Notes: generated from the sequence alone by a model not told the origin. A stretch of 64,000 bases of DNA from Octopus sinensis (GCF_006345805.1 NC_043022.1:8060001-8124000), one strand, 5' to 3'; counted from the stretch's first letter, positions 1-12,369 are shown. Numbers and translations are program-made.

Positions 1-85
1 TTTCTTTCTCTTTTCTTTCTCTTTTCTTTCTTTCTTTTCTTCCTTTCTGTGTTTTCTTTCTTTCTTTCTTTTGTTCACTTTTATA

Positions 86-290
86 CTTTTACACTTTTAC
101 TTGTTTCAGTCATTTTGACTGTGGCCATGCTGGAGCACCACCTTTTAGTCTAAGAAATCGAACCCTGGACTTATTCTTTGTAAGCCTGGTACTTATTCTA
201 TCAGTCTCCTTTGCCAAACTGCTAAGTTACGGGGACATAAACACACCAGCATCGGTTGTCAAGTGATGGTGGAGGGGCAAACACAAGCAC
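86..290 (-). mobile_element. SINE family A, 3' half
   Basis: Reverse complement of the 3' body/tail of the full copy at 38946-39360 (ttgtttcagtcattttgactgtggccatgctggagcac...cttattctttgtaagcc). Confidence 0.85.
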
Positions 291-313
291 ACACACACAC
301 ACATATACATATA

Positions 314-624
314 TCATCATCATCGTTTAACATCCGCTTTCCATGCTAGCATGGGTTGGACAATTTTGACTGAGGGCTGGTGAACCAGATGCCTGCACCA
401 GGCTCAAATCTTGATCTGGCAGAGTTTCTACAACTGCATGCCCTTCCTAACGCCAACCACTCCGAGAGTGTAGTGGATGCTTTTTACGTGCCACCAGCAT
501 GGGGGCAAGTCAGGCAGTACTGGCAATGACCTTGCTCAAATCTTTTTACACATGCCACCGGCACAGGTACCAGTAAGGCGATGCTGGTAACAATCACGCT
601 TGAATGGTGCCCTTTTATGTGCCA
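314..624 (-). mobile_element. Solo RTE LINE 3' tail fragment
   Basis: (cat)n-cgtttaacatccgctttccatgctagcatggg...cccttcctaacgccaaccactccgagag matches the reverse of the RTE 3' end at 55510-55696. Confidence 0.85.
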
Positions 625-720
625 TATATATATATATGTATATATCTGACAGGCTTCTTTCAGTTTCTGTCTACCAAATCCACTTATATATATACACATA
701 TGTGTGTGTGTGTGCATATA

Positions 721-930
721 TTTGTGTTTCTGTGTTTGTCCCCACAATATCACTTGACAACTGATGCTGGTGTGTTTACATCCCCATAACTTAGCAGTTC
801 AGCAAAAGAGACTGGTAGGATAAGTACTAGGCTTACAAAGAATAAGTCCTGGGGTTGATTTGCTCAACTAAATGCAGTGCTCCAGCATTGCCACAGTCAA
901 ATGATTGAAACAAGTAAAAGTGTAAAAGAA
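721..930 (+). mobile_element. SINE family A, 3' half
   Basis: cttgacaactgatgctggtgtgtttac...gcttacaaagaataagtcctggggt...cagtcaaatgattgaaacaagtaaaag. Confidence 0.85.
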
Positions 931-944
931 TATATATATATATC

Positions 945-1200
945 AGAACCAAGTTAAAAATAATGGTCATTTCATATAATTCCTTTATTGGAACAAATTT
1001 GGCTTACAGCTGTTTCCAGTAATCATTATAGGTGCATTTCTTATTGGTGATCAGTTGAGTAAACCTATCAGCTCTAAGCCAGATTTCCTCTAATAAAGGA
1101 ATTATATGTAATGACATTGGCGTAGCTTTAAAAACCTATTGTCTGCACACAGTTTGTAAACTAATATTTGGGTTATTTCTGGTTAATCTTGCTTTTAAAT
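945..1200 (-). mobile_element. Degenerate PLE-like terminal repeat (ACAGCUGU family)
   Basis: Minus strand CTGATCA...CTGGAAACAGCTGTAAG resembles the HHR motif at 14990-15037 and 57566-57613, but the core (G8>C) and stem I are decayed. Confidence 0.4.
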
Positions 1201-1436
1201 GATGTTTGTCAAATACATGTGTGTGTGTGTGTGTGTTTGTCTGTGTGTGCTTTGTATGCATGCCTGTGAGTGTATGTGAGAGAGAAAGGGAAACACATGT
1301 ATATATATATACACATATGTGTATATATTTATATATATATATATCACGTGATCACATGACCGACCAGACTAGTCACAATGTGTTCGCATTGTTTTAACCT
1401 TCGAATGATGCCATTCCACTGGCTAAGCGAGCAGGT

Positions 1437-1511
<75 letters not shown>

Positions 1512-1675
1512 AAATTATAATTTAGGGTATCTAAGAGACACCACCATTATGGTAATAAGAATTATTACCTTTGAAGGTTTTTATTCCCATGCTGGCTACC
1601 TGATAAGATCGATATTTAAATAACAATCTTATCCTTATTTATATAAATTGATATATATTTATATATATATGTGTG

Positions 1676-1711
<36 letters not shown>

Positions 1712-1892
1712 TAATAGTTATCGCCATACTAATATGGCATTCTTATAAAAATAAGAAAAAATAAGAAAAAAATAAGAAAAAAGCTGTCCGCTTATTAGCT
1801 CCATGAGGCCATCGCCTTAAGTTAGCTATTTGATACACAAACTGTATCCATATAACCTTCGAACAAGGGAGGTCAGTCGCTCCACACTACTT

Positions 1893-1952
1893 GACCGGCA
1901 GCTACAGACGCGTTTCGGGGTATTGCCCCTTTTCAATGCAGCGTAGCCAGCC
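1893..1952 (-). ncRNA. Type I hammerhead ribozyme, U3:A8 core variant (copy 1)
   Basis: Minus strand GGCUGGC UAC GCUGCA UUGAAAA GGGG CAAUA CCCC GAAA CGC GUC^UGUAGC U GCCGGUC; stems I and II pair; palindromic ACGCGU stem III; predicted cut between 1907 and 1906. Confidence 0.8.
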
Positions 1953-2275
1953 AGTAGGTGTCGCTTCCGACAATCTCTGTTCGATGGTTTTATTTACCTA
2001 GTTTCAGTGGAATACATCCACTTGTTTTCAATAATAGAAATATTAAAATAACTAAGTCTCTCTAAAAGAGAACAGCGGCAGCGTTCCCGGAAAATAATAG
2101 TTATCGCCATACTAATATGGCATTCTTATAAAAATAAGAAAAAATAAGAAAAAAATAAGAAAAAAGCTGTCCGCTTATTAGCTCCATGAGGCCATCGCCT
2201 TAAGTTAGCTATTTGATACACAAACTGTATCCATATAACCTTCGAACAAGGGAGGTCAGTCGCTCCACACTACTT

Positions 2276-2335
2276 GACCGGCAGCTACAGACGCGTTTCG
2301 GGGTATTGCCCCTTTTCAATGCAGCGTAGCCAGCC
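2276..2335 (-). ncRNA. Type I hammerhead ribozyme, U3:A8 core variant (copy 2)
   Basis: Identical to 1893-1952, offset 383 nt; predicted cut between 2290 and 2289. Confidence 0.8.
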
Positions 2336-2437
2336 AGTAGGTGTCGCTTCCGACAATCTCTGTTCGATGGTTTTATTTACCTAGTTTCGGTGGAATACAT
2401 CCACTTGTTTTCAATAATAGAAATATTAAAATAACTA

Positions 2438-2697
2438 ACGCGTCTGTAGCTGCCGGTCAAGTAGTGTGGAGCGACTGACCTCCCTTGTTCGAAGGTTATA
2501 TGGATACAGTTTGTGTATCAAATAGCTAACTTAAGGCGATGGCCTCATGGAGCTAATAAGCGGACAGCTTTTTTCTTATTTTTTTCTTATTTTTTCTTAT
2601 TTTTATAAGAATGCCATATTAGTATGGCGATAACTATTATTTTCCGGGAACGCTGCCGCTGTTCTCTTTTAGAGAGACTTAGTTATCTTAATATTTC

Positions 2698-2703
<6 letters not shown>
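2438..2703 (+). repeat. Inverted partial copy of the 383-bp unit
   Basis: Reverse complement of 2031-2296 (266 bp, about 1 mismatch); starts at the acgcgt palindrome of HHR stem III and ends in (TA)n. Confidence 0.9.
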
Positions 2704-2782
<79 letters not shown>

Positions 2783-2913
2783 CATATATATATAAATATA
2801 TATCAATTTATATAAATAAGGATAAGATTGTATTTTATATATATACACACACACACATATATATACATGTATATATACATACATGCACACACACACACAC
2901 ACACATACATATA

Positions 2914-4060
2914 TATTAGGCTGTCTCATATGAAAGATCACATTTGAAAAAGGAAACACTAAAATTGTTTTTTAAGTTTTAGAATCTTTATTTAATCAAA
3001 ATATAATCTTTGTTCATTTATGACCTTCATCCAATGTTCTTCTTAGGTATATATATTCTATCTTCAAAGAATTTGCCATTTTTTACACTGATAAACTGTT
3101 TGAATGCTTCAATTACCTCTTCTTTATTTAAGAATGTTTTATTGTGTATAGCAAGCTCGAAGTGTTTATATATGTGATAATCAGTAGGAGAGATATCAGG
3201 AAAATAAGGAGGATGTGCCAAAATTTTATAATTCAGGCTTTGTAACTTGTGGACCATAGCTTGAGAATTAGGAGGCCGTGCATTATCATGAAGCAAAATT
3301 GGGCCATCTCTATTCACTAATCTGGGTTGATTTTTTTTCAATTTTTCATGCATAGAATAAATTTGCTGACAATAGGATGCTATTGTTACAGTTTTTCCTT
3401 ATTGTAAAAATGAATAATGAATAGCCCCCCCCTTGTTGACCACTATTCAATGACCATCACTTTTTTGGTTGCAATGGTAGTTTTGGGTAATATTTTGGTG
3501 ACTCTCCTGCACCTAACCACTGTTCTGTCCTCCTGCTGTTATTAAAGAGTATCCATTTCTCATCACACATAATGAGTAAATGCAAAAATGGTTCTCTTTC
3601 CAACTGAGAAATCAACATGAAACACACTGTAAGGCATCTGTTTGTTTGAATCTCAAGTTGATGGCAAATGAACCTATCCGTCTTTTTGACTTTTTCAATT
3701 TTCTACAAGCGTCAAGAAGCAGTTGCGGAAGATGTCTGGAGCTCTAATCTGAATTTTTGGACTGTTGTTTTCGGATTTCATTTAACCAAATCATTCAATT
3801 CATTATGCCGAATAACTGATTTTAAGGCTTTCATTTCCTGGACAAAATCTTTGGAACCATCTCTGAACAGTTCTAATGTCAACAGAATCATTACCATTTG
3901 ATGTTTCGTAGAGCTTTGGTGGCAGAGTGACACAACTTGTATAATATGTATTATTACATTGGCTCGTCTACTACAATTTGGCAATCTAAATTTCACAAAT
4001 ATTCTCATTCATTTATGTATAGAAGAAAAAGTAATTCTACAAATCATAGAAAATGCATTT
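2914..4060 (-). pseudogene. Degraded mariner transposase element
   Basis: ORF 3027-3353: ILLHDNARPP...LAHPPYFPDISPTDYHIYKHFE = mariner HDNARPH and HPPYSPDL.P.DY motifs; TIR-like tattaggctgtctcatatgaaag at 2914; stops and frameshifts upstream. Confidence 0.85.
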
Positions 4061-4178
4061 GAAATTTAAAAGATAGGAACAATATGTAAGACTTAAAGTA
4101 GTCCATTTAAAGTTATGCACTGTCATACAATATTGGTAATTCTACTTGTGATTTTTGCCTTGAAGAAATGTATTATAT

Positions 4179-4422
4179 GAGAATTAACCTTATTATATAA
4201 TATGTGAAAAATTAAGAATTGAAATATTAGAATGTCTTTCGAAATTTATGGTAACATTTCATTGTAAAGCTCCCATTAAAATTCATTAAAATTCATTTAG
4301 AAAAATTAATTTTAATGAATTTTAATGGGAGCTTTACAATGAAATGTTACCATAAATTTCTAAAGACATTCTAATATTTCAATTCTTAATTTTTCACATA
4401 TTATATAATAAGGTTAATTCTC
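4179..4422. repeat. Near-perfect palindrome, 115-bp arms, 14-nt spacer
   Basis: 4179-4293 vs 4308-4422 are reverse complements with 1 mismatch. Confidence 0.9.
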
Positions 4423-5345
4423 CTAAATGGCTTACTATATTTGATAAATAGATAACTAATTGTTATGACATAAAATCTCTATGTTTATAATTATCATAAC
4501 ATAGAAATCTTGTTTATTTTTTTATTCTTTAGTTATCCAATGACATCACCTATAGTTGAATCTAAGAACAACCTTTTTAGATTATATTTCTCTATGGTTC
4601 TAATAGTCATAATGTTGAATTCTTATGTTTGTTTATTATTCTGTTGATGTCTCCAATCGTTGAATACAAAAGTAGCCTTTCTTAAATATGTTTATTTTTT
4701 ACTTTTACTTTTTATCATTATCCACTGATGTCACTATTACGTGAATACAGAAATGTCTTAGATGGAATTCCTTCTAAGTGTTCTTTTTGTAGGCATTCAT
4801 ATTCTGGAAATATACGTTCACTTCGAATTTCACCAATTTTGGATTGCCTTGATAGTGTTGTGTTAACATATATTTTCAGAAATATCAATATTAATGATAC
4901 TTTGTGTGTGTGTGTGTGTTAATACAAGAGAAACAATTGTCAGCTTTGTAAGGTGAATTCTACAAAAAAAATGTAATCTCTCTACGTATTTTTTGTTATA
5001 TATATAAAAGATTTAAATTTCTTTCTTTTTTTTTGTGATTGAAACTTTTTCATTGGCTGAAAACTGACCTTGCATTGCAGAGTGTTCTGCGTTAGATCAA
5101 CAGGGATTTCTTGATATAAATTTCACATTGACAACGGATGGAAAGTTGCTGGCAAAAAAAAAAAATGTATATTTGCATATGTGTGTGAGTGTCTGTGTGT
5201 ATATCTATGTGTGTAACAGTGTATGTAAATGTGTATAAATGCACAAACATACTTCTCTATTCACATGTAAGCATACCCACCATATATATATATATATATA
5301 TACAAATGTATGTATATTTATATATATATTTATATAAATATATAC

Positions 5346-5418
<73 letters not shown>

Positions 5419-6137
5419 TAGATAGATAGATAGATACACACACACACACATATATATGAATGTATATATATGTATGTGTGTATACACACTCACATACACA
5501 TGTGTATATATAGCCATAAACACACATAATTACCACATATTACATAGTGAAGCAATATTATACATATGTACAAACATACATGTATATATACATACACTCA
5601 TATATATATATATATATATATGCATACACACATATACAGCCACATACACATACACTCACACACACATGTATGCACAAGGGCAGGGATGTCATCCTAACGG
5701 AAGGAATACAAGAGAGGCTTTCAAAATCTGATTTTAGATTCGCAAGTCTCACTGCTCTTTCAAATTGGAAAAATTTAACATCCACAGTGACCGGCAAGGC
5801 TTTTGTATTGAAAATATTGTTACAACCATGTCTTGTGTGAGATACTATAGGGACTTCCATACTTTGCAAAATTCTATATATAGCTGTTTTTATCTCAGTT
5901 TCTTTGCAAATAGCCAGACAAATCTAAACTATATTTTCAGTTTTTTCTTTTAAATGTAATTAAATAGATAAATAAATCAGAGCAAGGAAGAACGTTGGAA
6001 AGAAACAAATAAATGGAAATGCTTGGAAATTCCTTATTTGTCTTTGATACAGTTGACATATTGTTTGTTTGAAATTTGTTCTTTGTTTTGTACCTAGAAA
6101 ATAAAAATCTGTGTGTGTGTGTGTATGTGAGTGTGTG

Positions 6138-6198
<61 letters not shown>

Positions 6199-6300
6199 TT
6201 GTACATATATATATACATATATACATAAGTGCATAGAGACATACATACATTCATTCTTTCATGGATACATACAAACATAAATACATGTGTGTATGTATGT

Positions 6301-6597
6301 ATCATCATCATCATCGTCGTTTAACGTCCGTTCTCCATGCTAGCATGGGTTGGACGGTTCGACCGGGGTTCTGGGAAGCCAGAAGGCTGCACCAGGCTCC
6401 AGTCTAATCTGGCAATGTTTCTACAGCTGGATGCCCTTCCTAACGCCAACCACTCCGTGAGTGTAGTGGGTGCTTTTTACGTGCCACCTGCACAGGTGCC
6501 AGGCGGGACTGGCAACGGCCATGGTCAGATTGGTGTATTTTATGTGCCACCGGCACGGAAGCCAGTCGAGGCGGTGCTGGCATCGGCCATGAGTCGG
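6301..6597 (-). mobile_element. Solo RTE LINE 3' tail fragment
   Basis: (cat)n-cgtttaacgtccgttctccatgctagcatgggttggacgg...gatgcccttcctaacgccaaccac. Confidence 0.9.
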
Positions 6598-6632
6598 ATA
6601 TATATATATATATATATTTATTATATAGAAGG

Positions 6633-6683
6633 AGCTTCTACAGGACTAGAACTGTTTCATTCAAGAGAAATCTTCAGGAAGCT
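6633..6683 (-). ncRNA. Type I hammerhead ribozyme, canonical core, in a short PLE-like terminal fragment
   Basis: AGCUUC CUGAAGA UUUC UCUU GAAU GAA ACAG UUCUAGUC CUGU A^GAAGCU: 6-bp stem I, 4-bp stem III, weak stem II (U.U at 10.1/11.1). Confidence 0.65.
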
Positions 6684-7218
6684 AGTTAACAAGAATTGTA
6701 TTGGCATTTATACATTTAGGCAGGTTTAAAGGGGTGGTGGTGGGGGACTTTTTGGGGGTAGGCATAGCGCAAAATATCATACTTGGGGGAGTGGTCAAGG
6801 AGTCAGTGGTAAATTAGATAAAAGAATAAATAAAAAAATAAAAAAAATATATATATAAAAAATAGAGTTTTAGGTAAATAAGGAGATTCTCACTTATACC
6901 TATACACATATGTATACATATATACACACACATACATACATATATACATACACACATACATACACACACACACATATACATATATATACACATACACATA
7001 CATATACATATCTACACATACACATATATATATATACATACACTCACTCACATGCATACACGTATACACACATGTATATATACACACACGACCACACATA
7101 CATATACACACAGAAAAATATATATACATACACACATACACACATGCACACACAGCACACTAGTCCCTATATACACATATATACACATACACACATATAT
7201 ATATACATACACATACAT

Positions 7219-7249
<31 letters not shown>

Positions 7250-7646
7250 CATATACATATGTGTACCTATACATACCTACACATACACACATATATATAC
7301 ATACAAATACAGACCCATTCCCTAATTTTAATTTTATTATCTTCATTTATTACTTTTGTTATCTTTGACCGCTGGTCCCAAGGATCTTGGCTATGACAGC
7401 AAGTCCATTTATCTGTCTACTTGAAAACAAGCACTCATTCACGCACGCACACTCATTAGCACGTACACTCATACACATACACGCACGCACGCGTTATATT
7501 CATACATACATACATCTACATACATTCACGTATATACTCATACGTACGCGTACCTACAGATTCATGTCTACACTCTTAGAAGGCTAGTCTATACATATAC
7601 ACCAATAAATATATATATACACACATACATATACACCTACATACAA

Positions 7647-7697
<51 letters not shown>

Positions 7698-8236
7698 TAT
7701 ACACATATATATACATATATATATACACAAATATATATACACACATATATATACACACATACACATACATACATATACACACATACACATACATACGTAT
7801 ACATACATCCATACATCCATACATCCATACATACATACATTTATACACATACACACACCCATATATATATATACACACACATACATACATATACATACAT
7901 ACATATACAAATATACACATACACATGCGTACCCATACACACACACACACACGCGCATCCATATATACACACACACACATATACATGTGTGCAAACATAC
8001 ATACATACTCATACACGCACACACACTTACATATACATATATGCACACACTTACACACATATATACATACACATATACATACATACATACATACATATAT
8101 ATATGCATACATACACACACACATATATATATACATACATACACATACACATACCTATACATATATATACACACATATATATACACATGCACATACACAT
8201 ATCTCTACATACTCGCATATACATATATATATATAT

Positions 8237-11055
8237 ATAAGAATGAATGTTTTTATATATAATGAACGTGAAATACAGGAAGGGACGAACATGGACCACA
8301 GACAAATCATTCGAAGCCTTCAATCTTCAGTCAGACACCGAATCATCATAGCAAATTTCGGCTGTTCAATTCTGATATTTGCTCCAACTCGGCCAGCCCC
8401 AAGAAAAAAAACTAAGCTGTAAGCATTAGATTTCTTGGTAGAAGACAGGAATGTGAACGCACAAGACGGATGTGGATACAAGAGACGAAAACGAAATTGA
8501 AAACAGTAATGAAAAAACAAAACATATATAATGGTGGTTGTCATACGACTTTAGACCAAATGAGACAAAACAACAACATAGCAGCTGGCGTAGAAATAAT
8601 TACCGTTTCGGTAGCGGGGACACATGTTGGTCGAGATACGAAGGCCAACAGAATGGTTGAAGAAGCAGCAAGTCGCAGGAGAGAGAGAAAGAGAGACAGA
8701 GAGAGAGGGAATCAAAGAGGGTGGAAGGCAGGGGACAGAATCAGTGACCAAGAGAGAAGGAGAAAGAAGGGATTAAGGAGGATGGGAGGAAGAGAGGGGA
8801 AGAATCGGAGGGCGCCAAAAAGTTTGGTGAAGAAGCAATGGCGGGTAGTAAAAGACAGTGTGTATAGAAGTCGTGCAGGGTTTAAAATTGGACAAACAAA
8901 CGGGGGGGGGGTGCACGTAACGCCGCAATAATATAAGAATGAATGTTTTTATATATAATGAACGTGAAATACAGGAAGGGACGAACACGGACCACAGACA
9001 AATCATTCGAAGCCTTCAATCTTCAGTCAGACACCGAATCATCATAGCAAATTTCGGCTGTTCAATTCTGATATTTGCTCCAACTCGGCTAGCCCCAAGA
9101 AAAAAAACTAAGCTGTAAGCATTAGATTTCTTGGTAGAAGACAGGAATGTGAACGCACAAGACGGATGTGAATACAAGAGACGAAAACGAAATTGAAAAC
9201 AGTAATGAAAAAACAAAACATATATAACGGTGGTTGTCATACGACTTTAGACCAAATGAGACAAAACAACAACATAGCAGCTGGCGTAGAAATAATTACC
9301 GTTTCGGTAGCGGGGACACATGTTGGTCGAGATACGAAGGCCAACAGAATGGTTGAAGAAGCAGCAAGTCGCAGGAGAGAGAGAAAGAGAGACAGAGAGA
9401 GAGGGAATCAAAGAGGGTGGAAGGCAGGGGACAGAATCAGTGACCAAGAGAGAAGGAGAAAGAAGGGATTAAGGAGGATGGGAGGAAGAGAGGGGAAGAA
9501 TCGGAGGGCGCCAAAAAGTTTGGTGAAGAAGCAATGGCGGGTAGTAAAAGACAGTGTGTATAGAAGTCGTGCAGGGTTTAAAATTGGACAAACAAACGGG
9601 GGGGGGGGTGCACGTAACGCCGCAATAATATAAGAATGAATGTTTTTATATATAATGAACGTGAAATACAGGAAGGGACGAACACGGACCACAGACAAAT
9701 CATTCGAAGCCTTCAATCTTCAGTCAGACACCGAATCATCATAGCAAATTTCGGCTGTTCAATTCTGATATTTGCTCCAACTCGGCCAGCCCCAAGAAAA
9801 AAAACTAAGCTGTAAGCATTAGATTTCTTGGTAGAAGACAGGAATGTGAACGCACAAGACGGATGTGAATACAAGAGACGAAAACGAAATTGAAAACAGT
9901 AATGAAAAAACAAAACATATATAACGGTGGTTGTCATACGACTTTAGACCAAATGAGACAAAACAACAACATAGCAGCTGGCGTAGAAATAATTACCGTT
10001 TCGGTAGCGGGGACACATGTTGGTCGAGATACGAAGGCCAACAGAATGGTTGAAGAAGCAGCAAGTCGCAGGAGAGAGAGAAAGAGAGACAGAGAGAGAG
10101 GGAATCAAAGAGGGTGGAAGGCAGGGGACAGAATCAGTGACCAAGAGAGAAGGAGAAAGAAGGGATTAAGGAGGATGGGAGGAAGAGAGGGGAAGAATCG
10201 GAGAGCGCCAAAAAGTTTGGTGAAGAAGCAATGGCGGGTAGTAAAAGACAGTGTGTATAGAAGTCGTGCAGGGTTTAAAATTGGACAAACAAACGGGGGG
10301 GGTGCACGTAACGCCGCAATAATATAAGAATGAATGTTTTTATATATAATGAACGTGAAATACAGGAAGGGACGAACACGGACCACAGACAAATCATTCG
10401 AAGCCTTCAATCTTCAGTCAGACACCGAATCATCATAGCAAATTTCGGCTGTTCAATTCTGATATTTGCTCCAACTCGGCCAGCCCCAAGAAAAAAAACT
10501 AAGCTGTAAGCATTAGATTTCTTGGTAGAAGACAGGAATGTGAACGCACAAGACGGATGTGAATACAAGAGACGAAAACGAAATTGAAAACAGTAATGAA
10601 AAAACAAAACATATATAACGGTGGTTGTCATACGACTTTAGACCAAATGAGACAAAACAACAACATAGCAGCTGGCGTAGAAATAATTACCGTTTCGGTA
10701 GCGGGGACACATGTTGGTCGAGATACGAAGGCCAACAGAATGGTTGAAGAAGCAGCAAGTCGCAGGAGAGAGAGAAAGAGAGACAGAGAGAGAGGGAATC
10801 AAAGAGGGTGGAAGGCAGGGGACAGAATCAGTGACCAAGAGAGAAGGAGAAAGAAGGGATTAAGGAGGATGGGAGGAAGAGAGGGGAAGAATCGGAGGGC
10901 GCCAAAAAGTTTGGTGAAGAAGCAATGGCGGGTAGTAAAAGACAGTGTGTATAGAAGTCGTGCAGGGTTTAAAATTGGACAAACAAACGGGGGGGGGTGC
11001 ACGTAACGCCGCAATAATATAAGAATGAATGTTTTTATATATAATGAACGTGAAA
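8237..11055. repeat. Young tandem array: 4 units of 694-697 bp plus a 37-bp partial unit
   Basis: Units start at ataagaatgaatg 8237, 8933, 9630, 10324, 11019; they differ only by a few SNPs and a G-run of 10/11/8/9; flanked by TA/CA microsatellite. Confidence 0.97.
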
Positions 11056-11286
11056 CACACACATACATATACCTATATACATGTATATATACACACACAT
11101 ATATATATACACATCTACAATTTGTATCTACACTCACATACATGCACATACACATAACTCTACATACCTACATATACATCGACATACTCGCGTACACTCA
11201 TATATATACACATATATACATATACACACACACATACATATACATATACATATATATATATATAAATATATACATAATACACATAT

Positions 11287-11355
<69 letters not shown>

Positions 11356-11744
11356 CATACATATATACATACATACATACACATATACATACATGTACAT
11401 ATATATATATACATATACATATATATACACACACATACATCTATCAACAATTGAGGGTAAAGTTAATTAGTTATTAATCAACTTCACCAAGTATTCAGTA
11501 TGTAAAAGGACCATTATTATTTTGAGTAAACAATGTCTGAGGGAAAATATTCTCTAAGTAGTGGAAGAGGCTAAAAAACTTTTTTGGCTGCTATTTCTAG
11601 AAAGTTCAGTATGTGGCAAAGTAATTTATTTTACTAAGCCCTAATTATATAATATTTTATACATACATACACATACATACACACATACATATACACATAC
11701 ATATGCATACACACATATATACATATATACATATATACATATAT

Positions 11745-11853
11745 ACAGTTCTAGTCCTGTAGAAGCTCCTTCTATATAATAAATTAATTTTACTCTGCTA
11801 TGTATTGAGTACCTTATTTACTGTGGTTAACCCCGAATCAACCCGGGACCTAC
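11745..11853 (+). mobile_element. 5'-truncated copy of the 6618-6720 HHR-bearing element
   Basis: acagttctagtcctgtagaagctccttctatataataa is the reverse complement of about 6618-6655; lacks the CUGAAGA half. Confidence 0.75.
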
Positions 11854-11884
<31 letters not shown>

Positions 11885-12014
11885 CATATATATGCTCACA
11901 CACTCACATATATTCATACATACACATATACAAGCATTGATGCACACACACACACACACATACACACACACATTTATATATTCAAAGAAACATATATATA
12001 CAAGCTTTCATGCA

Positions 12015-12057
<43 letters not shown>

Positions 12058-12369
12058 TTATAAACATGCCATCAGGAATACATGTAGGTCGAGACGAGTA
12101 TTTAAAAAGTGTTTTTCCAAATGTTTTCTCCAGTAACTCTGCCAGCTTAAAGAAACAACATCAGTAATTGGTTCTTTTCTCTTCTTTTACAAACAAGACC
12201 AACACCTTTTGCTCACCAACTTAACATCATTCATATCAGATTTGAAAAATATTCTCACCCATGTGGAATTTTATTTATACAATCATGACTGACATTGTTA
12301 ACAATAATACCACCCATATTGACACACTTGTGTGCTATACATCTATATATATACATCTATATGTATACA

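Larger units (their letters stand above)
1711..2438 (-). mobile_element. 383-bp tandem repeat (1.9 units) with one hammerhead ribozyme per unit; retrozyme/PLE pLTR-like
   Basis: Unit starts ataatagttatcgcc at 1711 and 2094; about 1 substitution between copies; no ORF; left end abuts (TA)n. Confidence 0.9.

Noticed and set aside
5189-8262. Numerous long ORFs rich in YI/HT/CV/MY here and throughout the track (also 16313-16777, 22424-23351, 29188-31005, 46146-46607, 59667-60146)
   Set aside because: Translations of (TA)n, (CA)n and (TG)n microsatellites; no coding signal.
8287-8332. CUGAAGA...GAA on the minus strand of the 696-bp unit as a hammerhead
   Set aside because: No stem II between core and GAA, GAAU instead of GAAA, and no stem I pairing; kept only as a conserved hairpin.
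8470-8931. 140-153 aa basic ORF repeated in each 696-bp unit
   Set aside because: The Arg/Glu/Gly-rich part comes from a GA-rich tract; the C-terminus changes frame with G-run length between units; no recognisable domain.
8237-11055. CRISPR-like interpretation of the regular arrays (also 25055-25475, 53484-55520, 62377-62570)
   Set aside because: No unique spacers between repeats, no cas genes, eukaryotic context.
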